From the IMG/VR virus record IMGVR_UViG_3300037427_003924: DNA of 64,000 nucleotides; one strand, 5' to 3'. Each line of letters begins with the position of its first letter. Position 1 is the first letter of the stretch. Below the pieces are notes generated by a model. The model saw only the letters and a program-made list of their open reading frames with translations, did not search any database and was not told where the DNA came from. Positions 26,814 through 36,509 of the stretch are shown piece after piece. Source of the DNA: an uncultured virus (IMG/VR IMGVR_UViG_3300037427_003924) (Duplodnaviria; Heunggongvirae; Uroviricota; Caudoviricetes). A program made the position numbers and the translations under genes.

Positions 26814-29800
26814 GACTTAGGGATACTGCTGACTAACATTGTGGTTCCGTCTGGGAACTTAGTTCTGGTGACTAAAAAGATAATTCCACCTACATTTTCT
26901 TCCATAGTGTAATTTGTCGTGCTGCCTTGAGGTGGAGCAGGGGCCATTGCGCCTGTGGAGATGATATTGTAGTTTATTCCTTCTGTTCCTACTCTTACTC
27001 CAACATGTATAAGAGCAGGTTCACTATCACTGTTTCGTACCCCGGATGAAGTCATCCCAAGATGAGACGCGTAAGTACTTACCCCATCGCCTACCAGTTC
27101 GAGAAAATTCTCTCCTACAAACTCCAGATCATAAGGGAGAGCAACCTGAGCTTCATTCGAATTCCCCGACACATATTGTGAAGGCTCCCTATTTTGACCA
27201 TTTATTAAATTGTACCCTGTCACCCTGTCTAAGTACTGCCCACTTAAATTAATAAGCCCTCCTTGCTGAACCGTGACGGGGTGAAATCCGGTGACACAAA
27301 AAGAGTCCCCTGTGATAGCAAGCGAGCCGCCGTTTCCTGTTCCATAAAAGCTTAACTTTTTATCGACTATACTATAAGCATGCGAGGGAGCGCCCAGATC
27401 GCTATCTCCTAGTACGGCTCCTGTTATAGTGGGAGAAGGAAGCTGAAAATCAGCGTAAGAAGTGTTTAAGGTATACTCGCTTGGAGTATAAAGAAGATCC
27501 CCGGTCCCTACAGAAGGCGCAGTTGAGATGTACGACTGAGTCCACCATGGATCAATTATAAAAGGGGTGCCTGTCTCTATGGCTTCCCTCGGAAACTCCA
27601 CCTCTATCTTTGTATAAAAGGTATTAGCGACTCCCCCTATAGTAGCTGTTCCCGTGGAATAACTTTTTATACCGAAAGGCTCTTCGTAACCGGGCGCGGG
27701 CGGTGCCATCACTACTCCGACATGGGGGTACACGGGATTTCTCCACCCACTAAATCCCACAATCTTCACACCACTTCCACTTTCCGAAATGGATGAAACA
27801 GAGCCGATATTAGGGTCAAATGAATTAATACCTGTGATAGAGACGACGGTGTTAGGGGAAACTTGCCTATGCAAGTTCAACCCTTCCATGCCTGTGACGA
27901 CCCCCACGGGGTAAAAAGGATTACTATCTATCGCATTGGACCTTCCTGTCACTCTTATATCCCCTTCTATTATTCCTGTTGGAACTTGAGTTTCTAGGGC
28001 GTAGGCGCCATCACTTAAAAGGGTTGTTGAGTGAGCCGTCGTCTTAATGTATCCTCCAGTTGGAGAAACGAATAGAAAGTCCATGCCACTAATGTTATAG
28101 CCCGTCATTTTCATCGTTTCGGCAGGAGCTAAATAATTATCAAAGCCTGAAACACTAATTAAATTGATCCCGGTAGGGTTACTGTCAGTGACCCTACCTA
28201 AAGAATCTAAAAGTTGGAACTTACCACTTGCCCCATTGATGGCATTGGGCACTTCTAACCCTAAAACAGAATAATTCTGCTCAACAAAATTACTGAAATC
28301 TAAAGAACCAGACTGCCCAGAGAATCTTACACCTGTGACAAGGTTCATACGTGCTCCCGAAATAGTTAGCCGGTCTCCTTCCGCGAAGACCTGTTCGTAA
28401 TCAATTATATTAGGAGCCCTAACTCCACTGTAATAACCGCTTATATCTGGCGCACTTGGGGTGACACTTAGGAATCCCGTCGACTCAACAAATCCGCCGC
28501 TAGTAGCTATTGATATGAGGTCGCTTTGAGTATTTGGTGGGATGGTAAAACGAAACCCAGTGGTGCCAGTTTGGGTGAAGTCGCTAACGGTAGAAAGACC
28601 CACCGACAAACCACTCTCCACAATATTTTCTAAATGGCCCGAAACCGTTATGACTTCTCCAAATTCTCCACTTAAGGGCTCAAACCCACTGATAAAAGGA
28701 GTACTTAATACGGTTATGTGAGAATCAGCGTCTGTATGCGGAGATGCACTCCTCCTGTTACGTGCTCTTAGTCGATATTCAATTCCTGTCTCGAAACTGG
28801 CGGGGTATTGGAATTTCAATACGTCGTGATTGGTTAAATCATACCCGCTCACAGGCAGGTTCGAGTAATACTTAAAGGTCGACGTAGGACCTGTACCTGT
28901 CCATAATTCTAGAGTAGTACCACTATATAGACACGTTCCCTCAAACAATCCAGTGACACCGGGCACGACTTCGATAGACGGGGTTACGGAAGAGACTGTA
29001 GGATTTCCGAATACAAAAAAGATATTTTCCCCAGTAACCGATCCATAAAAACCAGAGAGAACCATATCGAAAGATTCTCCGTAGCTACTCCCCAAACTAG
29101 CGGCGCTTCCTATCTCAAAAGCTAGCTCAAAACCGGGGGAAATCTCGGCTATCGACCCAGCATCATATGTCCCAATACCCACGTTTGAGTATGGGGTAAA
29201 ATTTACGCCGGTTATTCCATAAAGGTCATTTCCCTTTATAGTTACGGTGTCCCCCTGTATACCGGAAGATGGTGTGATGCTTGTAATTTTAGGTAAACCT
29301 ATAGTTGGCGTAAAATAAGACTCCGATGGATAGCTTTCGGGATAATTGTCAGAAAATAACGTGACTAACCCAGATGATACCTCAGGGCTTATCCCCACAT
29401 TCCCTCCAGAGGTGGCAATAGGGATACCTGTAGGGATTAGACCGGAAACAAGAGTGTCGCTAATTAATTTAAACTCACCCGTTTGACCCATTATTGAGCC
29501 GAGATAGTTACTCCCTGTTTTATACAAGATGCCCGTAGTAAAATTTTCTCCTGATACTAACAACAAGGTTCCCGTACTTCCTGCCGGTTTAGAAGCGTTA
29601 ACCCCTACGGTTGAATATGCTGTTCCCGTAATTCGAGCCAATGGAGATAAAGGGAAATCGTCTATTGGGGAAACCTGACCGCTCTGCAAAAGCAAATCAG
29701 CTTTACCACGAATATTCCCAGAAGGAACAATGGCTGTAACGGTATTAGGCGAAAGAGTTGTAGCGGCAATTAAATTATTATTTTGAGCAAAGCGAATCCC

Positions 29801-30379
29801 GGTAACCCCACTCAAGGAGAACCCTGTAATAAATAACGATTCTCCCGAAGCTAACTGATAAGAGTTAAGGCCTGAAATTGCAGGGATAGGAACGAATTCA
29901 TCCACGCTAAGACCACTAGCCAACGTTTGATTACCATTTAACCCGGTCCGTAAGGAAGAAAAGACGGTGACCCCCCTATAGTCTGCGTCTTGAGGAACCA
30001 CTGACTCGATAGTATTAGGGTCTACTAACTGAAAACTACTTTCTACATCTCCAAATTTTACATTAGTTATTTGATAAAAATTTTCTCCTGAAATTGTAAA
30101 GATATTACCAGCTGCCCCGCTTATCGAAGGAAGAGTTCCGACTAAAACCTGATCATCTGTTGTCAAAATAATATCCTGCACTCCTAATGAAAAGGTCCCA
30201 TGAGAAGTTAAGGCTAAAATCTCTTGAGTGTAAGCGTCTAAAGGGACTGTGCCGGATATTCCTGTTGCGCCTATGAGCTCAAGATCCGTAACGAAACTCT
30301 CTCCAAACTTAACGTCACGGATGAAGTTGAGGTTACTTCCGCTTATCGAGAATGGGGTATTTGGACTTAAATACGACAT
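26810..30379 (-). CDS. Large virion protein with tandem IPT/TIG (Ig-like) repeats
   Basis: Repeats such as P-x-ITSITPSSG-x-x-GDTVTIKG-x-DL, ISGENF-x-x-ITNVKFG and x-x-VP; S/T/G-rich. Confidence 0.75.
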   Translation of the reverse strand: MSYLSPNTPFSISGSNLNFIRDVKFGESFVTDLELIGATGISGTVPLDAYTQEILALTSHGTFSLGVQDIILTTDDQVLVGTLPSISGAAGNIFTISGENFYQITNVKFGDVESSFQLVDPNTIESVVPQDADYRGVTVFSSLRTGLNGNQTLASGLSVDEFVPIPAISGLNSYQLASGESLFITGFSLSGVTGIRFAQNNNLIAATTLSPNTVTAIVPSGNIRGKADLLLQSGQVSPIDDFPLSPLARITGTAYSTVGVNASKPAGSTGTLLLVSGENFTTGILYKTGSNYLGSIMGQTGEFKLISDTLVSGLIPTGIPIATSGGNVGISPEVSSGLVTLFSDNYPESYPSESYFTPTIGLPKITSITPSSGIQGDTVTIKGNDLYGITGVNFTPYSNVGIGTYDAGSIAEISPGFELAFEIGSAASLGSSYGESFDMVLSGFYGSVTGENIFFVFGNPTVSSVTPSIEVVPGVTGLFEGTCLYSGTTLELWTGTGPTSTFKYYSNLPVSGYDLTNHDVLKFQYPASFETGIEYRLRARNRRSASPHTDADSHITVLSTPFISGFEPLSGEFGEVITVSGHLENIVESGLSVGLSTVSDFTQTGTTGFRFTIPPNTQSDLISIATSGGFVESTGFLSVTPSAPDISGYYSGVRAPNIIDYEQVFAEGDRLTISGARMNLVTGVRFSGQSGSLDFSNFVEQNYSVLGLEVPNAINGASGKFQLLDSLGRVTDSNPTGINLISVSGFDNYLAPAETMKMTGYNISGMDFLFVSPTGGYIKTTAHSTTLLSDGAYALETQVPTGIIEGDIRVTGRSNAIDSNPFYPVGVVTGMEGLNLHRQVSPNTVVSITGINSFDPNIGSVSSISESGSGVKIVGFSGWRNPVYPHVGVVMAPPAPGYEEPFGIKSYSTGTATIGGVANTFYTKIEVEFPREAIETGTPFIIDPWWTQSYISTAPSVGTGDLLYTPSEYTLNTSYADFQLPSPTITGAVLGDSDLGAPSHAYSIVDKKLSFYGTGNGGSLAITGDSFCVTGFHPVTVQQGGLINLSGQYLDRVTGYNLINGQNREPSQYVSGNSNEAQVALPYDLEFVGENFLELVGDGVSTYASHLGMTSSGVRNSDSEPALIHVGVRVGTEGINYNIISTGAMAPAPPQGSTTNYTMEENVGGIIFLVTRTKFPDGTTMLVSSIPKS

Positions 30380-30382
30380 TTT

Positions 30383-31249
30383 TTATCCTTGGAACGTAGT
30401 GCTCCCCATTCCGACATTCCCTCCCGCTGAATTAAACAGGATCACCGGATTTACTATTTTTATTTGACTATCATTTTGGATAACGTTAATGCTTTGCTTA
30501 ATATAAGCTCCCGCAGCAGAAGCTAAATTGCGAGATTGCATAACTCCCGAACATGAAAAAACATCTAAATTGGTAAAGTCATTGACCGCTCCTCCTCTTA
30601 ATTTAACTTCTATTTTAGCCTCACTTCCGTCAACGGGGAGATTCCCAGTCGGGTTATCTACTTCAAAATTCATGCTTGTAGTTTTTTTACCAAAGCTAAT
30701 ACTACTAGGTTTAGTTTCCCCCATTAAATAAACAGGAGCTACTTCCGAACTATAATTATACCCCCCCGCAATAAAATTGTTTATTATGTCTGTCTCAAAG
30801 TCTGAAGTTACCGCAATTCTGGAAGTGTTCAATACGGTAGCCGCTTGGGCTTGCTCCTCTGTGGGCGTAAACGTTCCTTGGAGATCGTCAAAAAAAGCAA
30901 TAGACACACTCGCTGTGACCGGGGAATTAGGCGAAAAGTCGACGTTATAGGAAGTCAAATATCCACTATCAAAATTCAACCCCCCAAAGTTTCCAGAGAT
31001 GGTTTGGCTGGCGCTTTGAGGAATTTCCCCTTGCCCAGTGATAAAAGATTTAAAATAATCATTCCCCGTTAAAAAATAATTGAACTGCAGTGACCCCGCA
31101 ATACCGTTAGACGCTGCATAAAAGTTAGTGTTTCTATCCCCTATTACATAATTAGCCTCAAGAGAAGCACTTAAAGAAAGAGAAGCATTAGAGGCTAGTA
31201 TTTCTGTCCCATTGATTTTAAGAGTGGCGTTGTTTGCGGAATATAGCAC
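30383..31249 (-). CDS. Tail-tube-like structural protein (paralogue 3)
   Basis: Two internally repeated beta-rich halves: ASLSLSASLEANYVIG and YNYSSEVAPVYLMG. Confidence 0.55.
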   Translation of the reverse strand: MLYSANNATLKINGTEILASNASLSLSASLEANYVIGDRNTNFYAASNGIAGSLQFNYFLTGNDYFKSFITGQGEIPQSASQTISGNFGGLNFDSGYLTSYNVDFSPNSPVTASVSIAFFDDLQGTFTPTEEQAQAATVLNTSRIAVTSDFETDIINNFIAGGYNYSSEVAPVYLMGETKPSSISFGKKTTSMNFEVDNPTGNLPVDGSEAKIEVKLRGGAVNDFTNLDVFSCSGVMQSRNLASAAGAYIKQSINVIQNDSQIKIVNPVILFNSAGGNVGMGSTTFQG

Positions 31250-31250
31250 A

Positions 31251-32147
31251 TTAATAAGCTGCTGTTAAAGTTTTTTGGCTTCGGATTATATCGTCCAGCC
31301 CCGCCGTAGCTGATGTAGAAACCTGTACGCCACTTATCATCTTGACCTCCATTTGTTGAAGAGCGTTACCGTCCACACTTCTTAACTCTATTAAATAATC
31401 TGCGGGAACTCCTGTGTATGCCAGCCCCGAATTAAATATATCCTCCGCAACGTTTACAGATTCGGAAGCGTTGGTATAAAGAGTTAACTCTGGAAATTCT
31501 TGCCCTACCCTGTATATAGGATTGTGACTAAAAGAGATAGAATAGTCGGCAGAATAAACTACCCCTGCTTGATTCCCCCCTCCTGCAGCTGGCGCGTTAA
31601 TAGTGGTTTGAAGTCCCTCCACATTTATATATCTACCATGGGCAACTCCGGTTGCTACCGCGACCCCTCCGGGATTTGATAAGTTCACAGTGTCCCCGCT
31701 AAGCCGACCACTGATAGGAAGACCCTGATGACCATCCCCGTCTATACCTCCAAAAAAACTAAATGAAGCGCTAGAAGTAGATACGGAATTACTTGCCGTG
31801 TTAAAAGCATAAGAGTTTAAAAATCCAATACCGCTTACCCCCGCGCATTTGACAATAATACCGGAACCCGTAGACCCAATAGAATGCTTTAGACCACTTG
31901 CAAGATAGTTTATGACGTTACCTGCATGACCATGTGTAGAGCCTGTTATACTAGTGAGGAAATTAAAAGATATATCACCCGCTCGTGGTCCTGCTGGCAC
32001 GTGGCCTAGGCTCCCTTTATTTCCTATCACATAGAGAGGTTGCAGAGAATTATTGAAGTTTATACTACAATCCGACGCTAAAAGGGTTTCACTCACCCCC
32101 GCAACCGTGACTTCTACCGCCGCCTTATCATAAAATACCTGTGCCAT
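31251..32147 (-). CDS. Tail-tube-like structural protein (paralogue 2)
   Basis: CSINFNNSLQPLYVIG and YSISFSHNPIYRVG halves; clear similarity to 30383-31249. Confidence 0.55.
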   Translation of the reverse strand: MAQVFYDKAAVEVTVAGVSETLLASDCSINFNNSLQPLYVIGNKGSLGHVPAGPRAGDISFNFLTSITGSTHGHAGNVINYLASGLKHSIGSTGSGIIVKCAGVSGIGFLNSYAFNTASNSVSTSSASFSFFGGIDGDGHQGLPISGRLSGDTVNLSNPGGVAVATGVAHGRYINVEGLQTTINAPAAGGGNQAGVVYSADYSISFSHNPIYRVGQEFPELTLYTNASESVNVAEDIFNSGLAYTGVPADYLIELRSVDGNALQQMEVKMISGVQVSTSATAGLDDIIRSQKTLTAAY

Positions 32148-32166
32148 ATCCTTTAGTAGTTAGTTA

Positions 32167-32172
32167 TTACAC
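32167..32172 (-). promoter_or_regulatory. GTGTAA putative late-promoter element
   Basis: AGTGTAAT upstream of ATG 32147. Confidence 0.55.
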
Positions 32173-32177
32173 TCTTT

Positions 32178-33020
32178 TCACCTCAAAATGAAAGATCTTA
32201 AGTTAAAATTAACCCCCGCATTGCCTTGGTCGCTAGCTTGGAAAGACTCCGAGGTTAAAAGCATATCATCAAAAGAGTACTCTAATAATTTAGTCTGAGA
32301 GTTGTTTTTATTCAAAGTTATTTTAGTATTCTTGAAAACTGTTTCTTCAGGAACAAACCTCATATTTTTAATCTCGTAGTCATCTACATCTAATACGAAA
32401 TTCACATTTACCTCCACAGGAGTGCCCGCTATCACTCCCGTCGGGACATCCAAGCCCACAGCATAGAGAGGAACCCGAGGGGTAGCTATTTCAATACTGA
32501 AAGAAAGCATCCTATTAGTATTGAATTCACCCAAATTCACTTCCATTGAATTGTAACTGGGGATACTCAGGACCGGCTCCGTTGGACTTCCCTGCTCCCA
32601 AGACGAAACGTAATTTCCTGTACCCATTTGTCCATAAATAACGGAGGTGGTTGATGTACTCGGTACCTCCCCGATACCGCATGACATAGTGTAGGTCTCC
32701 AAATAAGCTTCCGTAAAGTCGATTCTCTCACTTCCATACCTTACTATTCCACTAAAAGATAAATCTCCGGTAAAATTCAGTAGCGGGTCAGAGGCCGTTA
32801 TGTCACTATAATTTTCTGGATAATAGTGAGTAAGAAGCGTATTCAGCTGCAAACTTGCCGTCTGGGGGCCTTGAGGAGCGTATTTTATGCTATTTATACC
32901 TAAATTAGAGAGCGGAGATCCAGCTACTGAGTCATAACTTAACTGAGCAGAGGTTAAACTCTGTATCCCCGTGCCGTTAATAGTAACGTTCTCCGCATTT
33001 CGCCTAATTCTTCCTAACAT
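32178..33020 (-). CDS. Tail-tube-like structural protein (paralogue 1)
   Basis: YLETYTMSCGIGEVP parallels FITSYSTEASVGGLP of the major tube; FSIEIATPRVPLYAVG; LTSESFQAS parallels LDSESFTSS. Confidence 0.6.
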   Translation of the reverse strand: MLGRIRRNAENVTINGTGIQSLTSAQLSYDSVAGSPLSNLGINSIKYAPQGPQTASLQLNTLLTHYYPENYSDITASDPLLNFTGDLSFSGIVRYGSERIDFTEAYLETYTMSCGIGEVPSTSTTSVIYGQMGTGNYVSSWEQGSPTEPVLSIPSYNSMEVNLGEFNTNRMLSFSIEIATPRVPLYAVGLDVPTGVIAGTPVEVNVNFVLDVDDYEIKNMRFVPEETVFKNTKITLNKNNSQTKLLEYSFDDMLLTSESFQASDQGNAGVNFNLRSFILR

Positions 33021-33035
33021 TGCCTTATCTTTATT

Positions 33036-33058
33036 TTACACTTCTTTTTACGTGTAAT
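33036..33058. promoter_or_regulatory. Back-to-back GTGTAA elements (divergent late promoters)
   Basis: TTACAC at 33036-33041 (minus) and GTGTAA at 33052-33057 (plus) between divergent structural operons. Confidence 0.6.
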
Positions 33059-33081
33059 ATAATAAAAAGGAATAAGGAAGT

Positions 33082-33669
33082 ATGGCATTTGACAATAGCG
33101 TTTATAATGTGGAGAAGTGGATCTCGGGTAAATCGTATTCAAAAAACGATATCGTCGCTCGCATAGAGTACGTAGGAGGCACTGCAAGCCTTAACCGTGT
33201 CCCTCGAAACATTAAGTATTATTACAATTTAACCGGTGCTAATACCTCCACAGCTCCCGAAAATGACGCGACGAACTGGGGAGGATACACCTCTGTTAAT
33301 AACAAAGAAATCCCCTTTTTCCTTTGGAAACCTTCTTATAATATCTCCACAAGGCACAACCCCCGGGTTAATGTAGTTCAATTTGGTAATGGCTACGAGC
33401 AACGTAATCCAAATGGCCTCTTTAGCCAATTAATAACTTTAGATATAAATTTCGAGAAAAGAACTGAAGACGAGGCTCGGGCTATTATCCATTTTTTAAA
33501 GGCCCGGAAGGCTGTGGAAAGCTTTGCAATAAAAGAACTACCTAATTTATACGCCGATAATACGGCTGGAGGATGGAAAAAAAGGTTCGTATGCCCTACT
33601 TTTAATAGTAATTATATTTTTTATAACAACTACAGCGTCACAGCAACCTTTAATCAAGAAAATAACTAA
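33082..33669 (+). CDS. Distal tail protein, lambda gpM-like, with N-terminal extension
   Basis: F-x-WKP, P-x-V-x-x-VQFGNGYEQR-x-x-NGL, I-x-x-FL, ATF-x-Q. Confidence 0.85.
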   Translation: MAFDNSVYNVEKWISGKSYSKNDIVARIEYVGGTASLNRVPRNIKYYYNLTGANTSTAPENDATNWGGYTSVNNKEIPFFLWKPSYNISTRHNPRVNVVQFGNGYEQRNPNGLFSQLITLDINFEKRTEDEARAIIHFLKARKAVESFAIKELPNLYADNTAGGWKKRFVCPTFNSNYIFYNNYSVTATFNQENN

Positions 33670-33677
33670 AAATTTTC

Positions 33678-34928
33678 ATGAATAAAAGCCAAGCACACTC
33701 TTCGATTAAATCTCTCGCTCATGAAATGAGCAATTTGACGCCTTCTGCAATGGTGACCCTGTTTGAAATAGATCTTAGCGATATTTTAGATGCCGCGTCT
33801 CAACCGTCCCTTCAGGCTGAAGCGGCGAACATGGGTTTCCCCGGCGCTGTAGATAAGATCTTACGCTTTCATAATAATATTAAGGTCTTTAATTCCAAAA
33901 TTATATGGAATGGCGAAGACTACTGGCCAGTACCGATCCAAGGGAGTGGTTTTGAAACTTCCAGCAAGGGAGCGCTTCCCACCCCTACTCTTACTATAGC
34001 CAGTCAAAGTAGTGAAGCTGTCACTCTTTTAACGCTGTTGAAGCATTCTATTCTAAAGTTTGGGGATATCATCGGGGCAAAAGTGACCAGAAGACGTACC
34101 TTCGCCAAATATTTAGATTGGGAGAATTTTGATTTCAATACAATTATAAGATCCAATCCTCGTGACAGAGTTTTCTCACCCAGAATGCAAGAACTTCCCG
34201 AGGGGTATGAACCAGATCCTAACGCCGAGCTCCCTCAGGACATTTACTATATCGAAAGAAAGACTTCGGAGAACAAGAATACTCTTCAATACCAACTTTC
34301 CTCTAGTCTGGATCTTGAAGGGGTAAAAATCCCCCGCCGCGTCATTATCTCGGATAGATGCAATTGGGAATACCGAGGCCCGGGATGTTGGTATGAATGT
34401 GTAAATAAAAGTGAAATTGAAGATGGGAAACAAGGTGTTCCCGTCTTACAGAAAGCCCAGCTTTCAACCCACCAAATAACATTACCAGACCATGCTCCCC
34501 CTGTAGCAACCGACAATGACGAACTAATAAAATCTATTACAGGAAATACGGCTGGTTACAAAGGGTCAGTGCTGGATGAATGGGACCGCGACCAACAAGC
34601 AACAAATTCAACAGGAGGGATCATAAAAGATGTTAGCTACTCGAAGGATGAAGTAGTATATATAATTAAAGACAAGATCAAATACTATTTCGTGGCTAAA
34701 GGAGATGTCCCCCTTGCTACCCCTCCCCCTAATAGCGATTATTGGATCGCGGACGAGTGCTCCAAAACGTTACGTGGCTGCAGATTAAGATGGGGGGTCA
34801 ATGGGCAGGCGGCCACGGGAGGTGGCTGCCTTATTGGAGGGGACGCTGGAAGAGATGAAAATTCTAAAGCTGGAGGCCTCCCTTTTGGAGGGTTCCCTGC
34901 TGCGCGGAAAGTAGCCCGAGGAGGATAA
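33678..34928 (+). CDS. Minor tail protein, lambda gpL-like (Fe-S cysteines)
   Basis: LFEIDL, GAKVTRRRTFAKYLD-x-x-NF, YYIERK, CNWEYRGPGC, DECSK-x-x-x-GC-x-LR, LPFGGFP. Confidence 0.92.
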   Translation: MNKSQAHSSIKSLAHEMSNLTPSAMVTLFEIDLSDILDAASQPSLQAEAANMGFPGAVDKILRFHNNIKVFNSKIIWNGEDYWPVPIQGSGFETSSKGALPTPTLTIASQSSEAVTLLTLLKHSILKFGDIIGAKVTRRRTFAKYLDWENFDFNTIIRSNPRDRVFSPRMQELPEGYEPDPNAELPQDIYYIERKTSENKNTLQYQLSSSLDLEGVKIPRRVIISDRCNWEYRGPGCWYECVNKSEIEDGKQGVPVLQKAQLSTHQITLPDHAPPVATDNDELIKSITGNTAGYKGSVLDEWDRDQQATNSTGGIIKDVSYSKDEVVYIIKDKIKYYFVAKGDVPLATPPPNSDYWIADECSKTLRGCRLRWGVNGQAATGGGCLIGGDAGRDENSKAGGLPFGGFPAARKVARGG

Positions 34929-35728
34929 TGATGATCGCTGACTATATTAAAAAACAAATAAGGACCCATGCTCAAGAAAATTCAGAACAGGAATGCTGCG
35001 GCTTCGTCTTCGAAAAAGAAGCGTTACAATGTTACAATAGGTCCGAAAATCCCAGTGCTCACTTCAGTATTTCCCCGCGAGACTATCTCCAAGCGTCTCG
35101 CAAAGGGGAGATAAGAGGGGTCTATCATTCTCATATCGGGAATAATAAAGAATTTTCCATGGAGGATAAACAAATGAGTCATGGACATAACGTACCTTAC
35201 TTCCTTTACCATTTACCCACAGACAACTTTTTATGCTACGATCCTAAAAAAGAAAAAGTCGTAGATATTGATAAAAAATTCGAATTAGGAAAAAGAGATT
35301 GCTACACCTTAGTAAAAGATTATTACAAAGACTTAGGGGTAGAAGTTTCAGGAAACAACGATCTTGGTACTGACTGGTTAGAAAGGAATCCGGACTTAAT
35401 AGAAAATCTTTTTGATCTTAATAAAATGGACACTGAAACGTTGGAGGCTTTAAAAGATAAAGACGACGACCTAACAGGACTGCCCATCTCAAGAATAGAA
35501 TGGTGCGACTGCCCCTCTTGCGGCCTTAAGCTTCTCAAAAAACATGACGTATTAGTTTTTGAGTTAATTAAGGGTGCTGGCCCATGTCACGTAGGAGTTT
35601 ATATAGGAGAAGGAATGATGTACCATCATCCTCGCAAACGGTTTCCCACTACTGAAAAGCTTTCGGGGCTCATAAGAAAAAAAATCTTTAAAATATACAG
35701 ATACAACAATTTAAATGAACAGAGTTAA
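34928..35728 (+). CDS. Tail tip assembly protein, lambda gpK-like (JAB/MPN + NlpC/P60)
   Basis: ECCG, YHSH...FS-x-x-D; DCYTLVKDYY, HVGVYIG, MYHH. Confidence 0.9.
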   Translation: MMIADYIKKQIRTHAQENSEQECCGFVFEKEALQCYNRSENPSAHFSISPRDYLQASRKGEIRGVYHSHIGNNKEFSMEDKQMSHGHNVPYFLYHLPTDNFLCYDPKKEKVVDIDKKFELGKRDCYTLVKDYYKDLGVEVSGNNDLGTDWLERNPDLIENLFDLNKMDTETLEALKDKDDDLTGLPISRIEWCDCPSCGLKLLKKHDVLVFELIKGAGPCHVGVYIGEGMMYHHPRKRFPTTEKLSGLIRKKIFKIYRYNNLNEQS

Positions 35729-36509
35729 AGTTACATTGCATGGAATTCTTGCTGAGCAAGTCGGTGAAAAAGAATGGAATCTTAAAGCGGCGAATGTGCG
35801 AGACGCGATAAGGGGGGTCCAGTCTAGTTGTAAAAAATTCTATACGTGCCTTCTAAATAATGACAAAAAGAATATTAAATATCGCGTTCTAATCAATGAG
35901 CAAGATTTCCTTATTGAGGAAGGTAAAGATCCGAGCACTCCCGAAGGACTGAAATCTTCCCAACTTTGTTTAGAAAAAATCTCAAATTTGAAATCTATTG
36001 ATATAGTGCCCGTCATAGAAGGCTCTGAGGATTGGTTTGATTGGTTCACTATCATCTTGGGGGTAGCCTTAATTTGGATTGGTGCTCCAATGGCTATGGG
36101 AGCAGCTGGATGGGGTAGTATGTATGGGGCGGCAGTAGTAGCAGGTATAGGTCTTGTTGCTGCGGGGGTAGCAAACCTTCTGACTCCTGATCCAGAATTT
36201 GATGATTTTAGAGAGATAGAAGGAGGAGGGAGGCCTTCCTATACTTTTTCGGGACCTCAAAACGTAACTAATGAAGGTGGGCCAGTTTTTGTAGGCTATG
36301 GAAGGCTCCTTGTAGGGAGCCAAGTAATACAAGCTTCTAACGATATTGCTGATGCTTCAGCCGGAGTTCCTTTTACAAAAAACCCTAATAAAGGTAACAA
36401 TAATATCGTATGGGGCCGCACAGATTACGGCTTAAGATATAATATAAGAGGAACCGACCAAAGGCTCTATAAGAGGATTCTCCAAATCAACAAACCTTTT
36501 GCAACATGA
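35715..36509 (+). CDS. Tail assembly protein, lambda gpI-like
   Basis: V-x-LHG-x-L, IDIVPVIEG, hydrophobic Gly/Ala segment, SYTFSGPQN-x-x-x-EG-x-PV-x-VGYG-x-x-x-VGS. Confidence 0.88.
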   Translation: MNRVKVTLHGILAEQVGEKEWNLKAANVRDAIRGVQSSCKKFYTCLLNNDKKNIKYRVLINEQDFLIEEGKDPSTPEGLKSSQLCLEKISNLKSIDIVPVIEGSEDWFDWFTIILGVALIWIGAPMAMGAAGWGSMYGAAVVAGIGLVAAGVANLLTPDPEFDDFREIEGGGRPSYTFSGPQNVTNEGGPVFVGYGRLLVGSQVIQASNDIADASAGVPFTKNPNKGNNNIVWGRTDYGLRYNIRGTDQRLYKRILQINKPFAT

